DNA of 64,000 nt from IMG/VR virus record IMGVR_UViG_3300042558_005646. One strand, 5' to 3'. Shown here one piece after another: positions 55,719 to 61,631 of the stretch (within the stretch, counting starts at the first letter, position 1; the number at the start of each line of letters is the position of its first letter). The notes under the pieces were generated by a model. The model did not search any database. It was not told the origin of the DNA and saw only the letters and a program-made list of their open reading frames with translations. A program made the translations under genes and the position numbers. Source of the DNA: a virus.

Positions 55719-56005
55719 ATATGAAAGAATATTATGCAATGTACTTGACTTTGCATCAAAATAAAATTTGTAGAAGATTGCATGTGTTGGGTCAAATTAT
55801 GACATTACTTTGGATTGCAGGATGTCTTAATTTCGGATATTACTGGTTTCTTTTATTGACTCCTTTTGTAGTATATCCTTTTGCATGGTCAGGACATTAT
55901 TTTTTCGAAAAGAATCAACCAGCAGCCTTCAAGGATCCTTTAAAGGCAAAGATCAGTGATTGGATTATGTTATGGGATATTTTGAAAGGGAAAATAGAAA
56001 TATAA
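55715..56005 (+). CDS. Mpo1/DUF962-like small membrane protein, 96 aa
   Basis: YLTLHQNKICRRLHVLG...YPFAWSGHYFFEKNQPAAF. Confidence 0.85.
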   Translation: MNMKEYYAMYLTLHQNKICRRLHVLGQIMTLLWIAGCLNFGYYWFLLLTPFVVYPFAWSGHYFFEKNQPAAFKDPLKAKISDWIMLWDILKGKIEI

Positions 56006-56808
56006 TGAATTTGTTATTATGGATAAATCAATCAAATGGCGACACTCTGACTGCTATACCTTTAATGGAAGCAATAATAAAACAATTTCCTAATGTAAAT
56101 ATCAAATTTGCATGTTTCAAAAGTCAATCTTATTTAGTAAGACATTTGCCTATACAAATTATTGAAGCCGACGGTAATTACAGAAACCTCGTAATGAGAA
56201 CAAGACCGGATTATTTTTTGAGGAAAATTAAACCATTCATTAAACCAGAAGATACTCTAATTCATCTTTGGGGTGGTCTTTATAATTTAAAGCACATTTG
56301 GCAGGATCAAATCAAAACATTCAATCAACAATGCGCAAATAATAATATAAATTTATTTCTTGATAATTCAGAATTTGGGTATATTGAGTTACCTATAGTT
56401 GATGTAAATGTAAAAGCAAATGCAGTTTATGTAGAAAATAGTCAACCAGTTAGCGGACAAACTAATTTTCAGTATGATATGTATAAATTGGGCTTGATGT
56501 TTCCAAGAATTAATTTTTATACTGTTGGACCAATTAATTTTTCTGCAAATAATGTACATGATTGTAGCAAAAAATCTTTAATAGAACTTTCTAGTATTTC
56601 CAGAAAATGTAAACTTATTTTAGGAAAAGGAAGTGGTCCTTTTTTCTGTACATTAAATGAAGAAAACAAACATAAAACGAAGGTCTTGGCGGGCTTAATG
56701 GGTGGATTTAGATATAAGTTTTGGAATCTAAATGATGAAAATACATTACTACTTGATACTGAACAAGAAATATTTGAGCTATTAAGGCCAATAAATAGAG
56801 GTCAATGA
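56005..56808 (+). CDS. Putative GT9-like glycosyltransferase, 267 aa
   Basis: SNGDTLTAIPLMEAIIKQFPNVNI and CKLILGKGSGPFF; start moved to MNLLLW (TAATG coupling). Confidence 0.55.
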   Translation: MNLLLWINQSNGDTLTAIPLMEAIIKQFPNVNIKFACFKSQSYLVRHLPIQIIEADGNYRNLVMRTRPDYFLRKIKPFIKPEDTLIHLWGGLYNLKHIWQDQIKTFNQQCANNNINLFLDNSEFGYIELPIVDVNVKANAVYVENSQPVSGQTNFQYDMYKLGLMFPRINFYTVGPINFSANNVHDCSKKSLIELSSISRKCKLILGKGSGPFFCTLNEENKHKTKVLAGLMGGFRYKFWNLNDENTLLLDTEQEIFELLRPINRGQ

Positions 56809-56829
56809 AGATCTCTATTTATTGGCCTT
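56784..56829. terminator. Long inverted repeat / probable bidirectional terminator between convergent genes
   Basis: AAGGCCAATAAATAGAG (56784-56800) and its perfect reverse complement (56813-56829); extends 3 bp inward with one G:U. The loop contains the TGA stop. Confidence 0.7.
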
Positions 56830-56856
56830 TAAATTCAGTTCTAATTGATTTTATTT

Positions 56857-58167
56857 TTATTTGTCAAAAAAACTATCCAAAACATCACTTATATAATAAA
56901 TTTGTTCCGGTGTAATTACTGGAGATGTACCTAAAAAGAAAGTATCAGTGGTTACCTTTTTAGCTACAGGAAAATCACCAAGATCCATATCACCAACCAA
57001 ATGACTATAAGCTGGTTGCATAAGAATATTTCCAGCAAAATATGGTCTAGTTTGAATTTTTTTAGATTCTAAATATTGACATAAATCACTTCTCTTAAAT
57101 GGTGCGTTATCTTTTATAGTAATAGGAAATGCAAACCAATTAACATCTGAATTTTTTTGTGCTACTGGAAGAACAAAGTATTCTTCATACTTGCTAAAAA
57201 TATCAAAAAGCAACTTATGATTTCTTTGGCGAAGTTTCTTAATTTCATTAAGTTTATCAATTTGAGCCAACAACATACTAGCTTGAACTTCGATTGGTTT
57301 TAAATTATAACCAATTTCCTCATACACATACTTGTGATCAAAAACTTCACCTGGGATACTTGGCAACCATTCAGAAAATCTTTTATTACAAGCTCCACAT
57401 TCTGTAATATTTTGTTTACCAATACAGAAACAGCCACGCCCCCAATCACGAAAAGAACGAATTACTTTTTCAAGATTTTCATCATTACAAACAACTAATC
57501 CACCCTCACCACAAGTAATGTGATGAGCAGGATAAAAAGAGCAAGAAGCCATTGCGCCAAAGCTGCCTAAGGGATTACCATCAAATGACGATCCAAGAGC
57601 ATCACAGCAATCTTCTAACAAAATCAACCCATAATGGTCGATGATATCTAATAGCCTATACATGTCAGGAGGATTACCAAGTACATGAGCAAATGTAATT
57701 ATCTTGATCTCTGGGTCAGCCTGCAATGTGGCTTCAACATCGTCTAAGTTCAAGTTCAATCCATCTAATGAAATATCTACAAAGACTGGCTTAAAACCAC
57801 ACTGAAATATGGGATTGATTGTAGTGGGAAATCCAGCAATAGGAGTTAGTACTTTGGTTCCTTCAGGCAAATTTAAGTATCTTTTTGACTTAATTGCTGA
57901 CATCATAAGAAGATTTGAACTGCTACCAGAGTTTGTCAATAAAGCATGGTTTTTGCCAAATAAAGAAGCTAATTTCTTTTCAGCTTTATAGGCTTCAGCA
58001 CCAAGAACTAACCAACCATCTAGAAGAGTTGATACTGATCTAACAATTTCAGTATGATCAAAGTAAGGCCCAGCATAATGTACATGATCTTTTCCTGGTC
58101 TCCAACTCTTATTTGGTTCATTCTTGATATACTCTTCTACTAATTTAAGCAATTCTTCTTTGGTCAT
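56857..58167 (-). CDS. rfbH: CDP-4-keto-6-deoxyglucose 3-dehydratase (E1, RfbH/DdhC), 436 aa
   Basis: NSGSSSNL, AGFPTTINP, HVLGNP, EDCCDALG, SFYPAHHITCGEGG, RDWGRGCFC...C..RF (Fe-S), DHKYVYEEIGYNLK. Confidence 0.92.
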   Translation of the reverse strand: MTKEELLKLVEEYIKNEPNKSWRPGKDHVHYAGPYFDHTEIVRSVSTLLDGWLVLGAEAYKAEKKLASLFGKNHALLTNSGSSSNLLMMSAIKSKRYLNLPEGTKVLTPIAGFPTTINPIFQCGFKPVFVDISLDGLNLNLDDVEATLQADPEIKIITFAHVLGNPPDMYRLLDIIDHYGLILLEDCCDALGSSFDGNPLGSFGAMASCSFYPAHHITCGEGGLVVCNDENLEKVIRSFRDWGRGCFCIGKQNITECGACNKRFSEWLPSIPGEVFDHKYVYEEIGYNLKPIEVQASMLLAQIDKLNEIKKLRQRNHKLLFDIFSKYEEYFVLPVAQKNSDVNWFAFPITIKDNAPFKRSDLCQYLESKKIQTRPYFAGNILMQPAYSHLVGDMDLGDFPVAKKVTTDTFFLGTSPVITPEQIYYISDVLDSFFDK

Positions 58168-58182
58168 ATAATAATTTTACCA
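58167..58182 (-). promoter_or_regulatory. Putative extended -10 promoter for leaderless rfbH transcript
   Basis: TGG TAAAAT (58179-58174) tattat ATG (58167), immediately after the capsid terminator. Confidence 0.6.
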
Positions 58183-58192
58183 TTATTTAAAT

Positions 58193-58224
58193 AAAAAAAG
58201 AGGAGTATTTCTACTCCTCTTTTT
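58193..58224 (-). terminator. Rho-independent terminator of the capsid operon
   Basis: Minus strand GAGGAGTA-GAAA-TACTCCTC followed by T7. Confidence 0.85.
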
Positions 58225-58240
58225 CATGACTAGTTTAGAA

Positions 58241-59095
58241 TTAGCTAACGGTAATTCTTGAAACTGCATAGTCATTGATGAGAGCAAAACCGAGCTCTTC
58301 GTAAACAACCCATCCGAGTCTAAGTCTCTTTGGATCGTCTGCTGGGAGAACAGTAATGTCTTGGCGAACTGGCATTGCACCAACGAATTGGGCAGGTGCG
58401 AGAACGTAGACAGAGTTCTTAGGAACCATTGTGGAGACATGGATGTCTGCAGAATAAATATGTCCGTAAAGACCAGTCATAAGGATATCTCTTTGAGTTG
58501 CCTCATCGAAGAATTCCTTACCCCAGTTACGGATATCCTTGTATCTTTGTGGGTGAAGAACAACCTTAGCACCGATCAACTCGTGCTCTTCAATGAGGGT
58601 CAACGCAAGGTTGATATTCTCTGGTTGAAGGGTACCGGAAACGGAAATTGCTTGGTCAGTTGGAACACCAGCATTGATAACCTTGAAGACTTCAGTATCT
58701 TCTTGTCTTTGGAGGGAGTCCTTAGCACGGACTTGAGCTCTATCAACAATGTAGAATCTTCTTTGGCGGATTTCGTTCAATCTGATTTGTGGGTGTGCAG
58801 CTAATTCAACTGTAGGAACGAGAAGCTCTTCAGCCTCAACCTCAGCTGTTGGAACAGCACCACGCTTAGGAATGACGTATGACTTTACAGCAACGTCTCT
58901 TTCGTAGCGAGCAAGAGCACCTTGTGGGAGCTCATCAACCATCAAAAGCTTGCGCCCGATGGCTTGGTACATGAGGGAAGTCTTGATTGGCTCAACCATT
59001 GCTTGTGCAAGAGCTGTGCGTCCCTCTGGAGTCTCGAGAGCCATTGCAATAATGGATTCTCTTTGCTCATTTGTGTTTCTCTTAATCATTGACAT
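58241..59095 (-). CDS. Major capsid protein, HK97 fold, 284 aa
   Basis: ALAQAMVEPI...GRKLLMVDELPQG, P-domain helix RAKDSLQRQED, A-domain VVLHP...DI, C-terminal GWVVYEELG; strong TAAAGGAG SD; last gene of a scaffold-decoration-capsid order. Confidence 0.8.
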   Translation of the reverse strand: MSMIKRNTNEQRESIIAMALETPEGRTALAQAMVEPIKTSLMYQAIGRKLLMVDELPQGALARYERDVAVKSYVIPKRGAVPTAEVEAEELLVPTVELAAHPQIRLNEIRQRRFYIVDRAQVRAKDSLQRQEDTEVFKVINAGVPTDQAISVSGTLQPENINLALTLIEEHELIGAKVVLHPQRYKDIRNWGKEFFDEATQRDILMTGLYGHIYSADIHVSTMVPKNSVYVLAPAQFVGAMPVRQDITVLPADDPKRLRLGWVVYEELGFALINDYAVSRITVS

Positions 59096-59128
59096 TTGAA
59101 TAATTCTCCTTTAAAAATTCTTTACCGA

Positions 59129-59779
59129 TTAGATGCCGTTAAGTTGGGTGAAGTAAAGAAGGCCAGCAGCAGAGTCATAAGAATCAACTCTACCAACAAT
59201 AACGCCGTCTGTACCAGCTGTACTCAACTTTACAAGCTTACCAGCATTGGCAGAAGCACCTGCAACAGTAAGAAGATCACCAGCAGTAGGGGTCCATGCA
59301 GCACCGTCAGTTGTGACGTTAGTTGATGCAGTAGCTGCAAATCTATCAGTAATAAATTGTGCACCTGGGGTGTTGAAAACTCCAACACCTCTTCTTGGGC
59401 CTTCATATCCTGAAGAACCAGCTGTAGGGTTAGTAACACCATTGACGTTTTCAGCTAAGAAGTCGCCAATAGCTCTCTTTGAAACAACGTAGAAACCGTT
59501 GTTATTTGCTTGAAGAACACCACTTGAATCGGTGTATGAAGCACCAACTGGATCAGCAAGGATCATAGTGTTGCCAGTTCTTGCAGTATCATCTGCAGAG
59601 AATCCAACGAATCTACCAAGTTGTTGTGAAAGTGTGGTAAAACCAGTAGCCGCTCTAAAAGCAGCAGAAACTGTTCCATCAGCGGTGCTGATCATAAGAG
59701 CATCACCAGCAAGGAATGAAGCAGAAGCAGCTGTGTTGTAGTTAGCAACTACGAGTGTGTTTAATGCACGAATAGCCAT
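59129..59779 (-). CDS. Putative capsid decoration/cement protein, 216 aa
   Basis: Gly/Ala/Thr-rich, directly upstream of the MCP; GDLLTV...GKLV...VGRV motif typical of decoration proteins; AGGAG SD. Confidence 0.6.
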   Translation of the reverse strand: MAIRALNTLVVANYNTAASASFLAGDALMISTADGTVSAAFRAATGFTTLSQQLGRFVGFSADDTARTGNTMILADPVGASYTDSSGVLQANNNGFYVVSKRAIGDFLAENVNGVTNPTAGSSGYEGPRRGVGVFNTPGAQFITDRFAATASTNVTTDGAAWTPTAGDLLTVAGASANAGKLVKLSTAGTDGVIVGRVDSYDSAAGLLYFTQLNGI

Positions 59780-59811
59780 TTTATATTTCTCCTAATTATT
59801 TGTTGAGGAAA

Positions 59812-61476
59812 TTATCCCTCGATTTTTGGCATTGTAAAAGCGCCTTTGAGAGCACTTTGGATGTCAAGAGCTGCACTATTGGTGTTTACACCACTAAATG
59901 CAGGAGATGTAGATACGCCTAATGTAGAAGCGGTTCTAGTACTCATTCTTTCGGCAGCAGCAGCTGCAACTCTTTCAGTTGAAGATTGTGCTGACTTAAG
60001 TAAGAGTTTGGTTTGTCTGATCATTGAATCAGCTTTAAGACCATCATTAATCATTTGTTCTGCATATGAATCAACTTCTTCGGAAGTAATAATTCCTGCT
60101 AATGCTAATTTTGTAGCACAGCTATAAGAAGTTTTGACTCTTGCAAGATCAACTGCAGCAGACTTGTCCATCTCAACTTGAGTGTAAGCGTCTTGCAATT
60201 GTTGTTGAGTATTATTGATTTTCTTTTGAGTATTGACATGATTTTCAGTGTCAACATTTTGTGCTTCAACTTCTTTGTCCTTGGAGCCAGCGTTTGATGA
60301 GCAATCTTTATTTGCACAACGAGTTGCTTCATCATTCATTTCTGCTTCAGACAGTCTCATCGATGCACCACAAGAAGTGCATTCACAATCATGCTTTGCT
60401 TCTTCATCTCTGGATGCACCAACAGTTCTAGTGGTCTTATGTGGCATTGAAGGCATTTGAGTTGGGATGTGAGGATGATCAACATCCAAACCTTCAGATG
60501 GTGTTTCCAAATGATCCCAATCAACTGTATACTCTAATGAACCATCTCCAGAACCTTCAAGTTTTGAAGGCTTTGTAACTGTTGGAAATTGTAAAGAAGT
60601 TGGGTTGTTGGTAGGAACATGTTGATCTGCCCAAGTTGGGTTCTCTTCTTTTTGTGAATTCTCACCAGGCATTGTCATGCTTGGATATTCAATTTCACCC
60701 TTCATATCAACCATATCTTCGTTATACTTAAATGAGGCTGACGCTGGATAAGTCTCTTCTTCAGAAGCAATCTTCATGAGAATTTCTTCTCTTTCAGCTC
60801 TTCTCAATAGAGCTTCTCTCTGTGCCTTGCGCTCAGCCAATGCTTGTTTAGTCATTGATCTAACCTCGTTGCTTTTTTTCATAAATTGGTTTTCATTGTC
60901 TTCTTCATCATCTGATTCATCTTCAGAATCCATATCATCATCATCGTTAAAATGAGTGACATCTTCATCATCATCTTCATCAGAATCAACATCTCCGCCA
61001 AGAAGATTATCTAGCGCCTCTTGCACAGCTTTTTGTGCTTGGTCAACCATATCAGCGGGAACTTCAATCTCAAAAGTGGCGACATCATCACTATCTTCTA
61101 CTTCGTCTTCGTCGTCCATATCTTCATCAGACATGTCATCATCATCTACATCTTCTGAATCTTCATCACTCTCAAAGTGATGAAATTCCATATCATCTTC
61201 ATCATCTTCAGATTCATCGTTTGCGAAGTCAACAGTCTCTTTGCCCTCATCAAGGTCCAAACTTGAAACAACAATACCAGCTTGCTTTGCAATATTTGGA
61301 AGATATTTTGCTCTGATAGCATGGGCTACAACAATTGCCTCATCTTTTTCAAGTGAAGCTGTTTTTTCCATATCAGAAGCGCAATTTTTTAAATCTTCCT
61401 TATCAGTTGCATTGATTTCAGCTAATCTCATTGCTGCAAATCTCTCCTGATTGGCTCTATTCGAATTTTTATTCAT
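59812..61476 (-). CDS. Acidic scaffold-like head assembly protein with Zn ribbon, 554 aa
   Basis: Long D/E tracts, coiled-coil segments, CTSC...CANKDC; lies upstream of decoration and MCP genes. Confidence 0.6.
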   Translation of the reverse strand: MNKNSNRANQERFAAMRLAEINATDKEDLKNCASDMEKTASLEKDEAIVVAHAIRAKYLPNIAKQAGIVVSSLDLDEGKETVDFANDESEDDEDDMEFHHFESDEDSEDVDDDDMSDEDMDDEDEVEDSDDVATFEIEVPADMVDQAQKAVQEALDNLLGGDVDSDEDDDEDVTHFNDDDDMDSEDESDDEEDNENQFMKKSNEVRSMTKQALAERKAQREALLRRAEREEILMKIASEEETYPASASFKYNEDMVDMKGEIEYPSMTMPGENSQKEENPTWADQHVPTNNPTSLQFPTVTKPSKLEGSGDGSLEYTVDWDHLETPSEGLDVDHPHIPTQMPSMPHKTTRTVGASRDEEAKHDCECTSCGASMRLSEAEMNDEATRCANKDCSSNAGSKDKEVEAQNVDTENHVNTQKKINNTQQQLQDAYTQVEMDKSAAVDLARVKTSYSCATKLALAGIITSEEVDSYAEQMINDGLKADSMIRQTKLLLKSAQSSTERVAAAAAERMSTRTASTLGVSTSPAFSGVNTNSAALDIQSALKGAFTMPKIEG

Positions 61477-61585
61477 TTTTATGCTGCTTCCCTTAATAAA
61501 ATAAAATCTTTTATCAAAGAATCTATAAATTAGTTATTTATAAACTTTTTTTAAACTTCTAGATAACTTGTTTTTACACCTTTTT

Positions 61586-61628
61586 TAAAGAAAATAGTGA
61601 GAGAGCAAATCTCTCACTATTTTCTTTA
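61586..61628. terminator. Perfect 19-bp hairpin, probable bidirectional terminator
   Basis: TAAAGAAAATAGTGAGAGA-gcaaa-TCTCTCACTATTTTCTTTA, 4 nt past the stop of the large head gene. Confidence 0.8.
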
Positions 61629-61631
61629 TGA

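Noticed and set aside
36595-58167. Host chromosomal O-antigen locus next to a prophage
   Set aside because: Virion genes flank both sides with overlapping or insulated junctions, and there are no housekeeping, integrase or export genes. A misassembly still needs a read-level check.
61535-61542. T4-type late promoter TATAAATA upstream of the scaffold gene
   Set aside because: The position is plausible, but this all-AT octamer is expected many times by chance in the window and no gp55-like gene is visible.
21910-61580. GGTGTAAAA motif at 21910, 52902 and 61580(-)
   Set aside because: Distances to start codons are inconsistent and a fourth copy lies in coding sequence (50199); too few copies to separate from chance.
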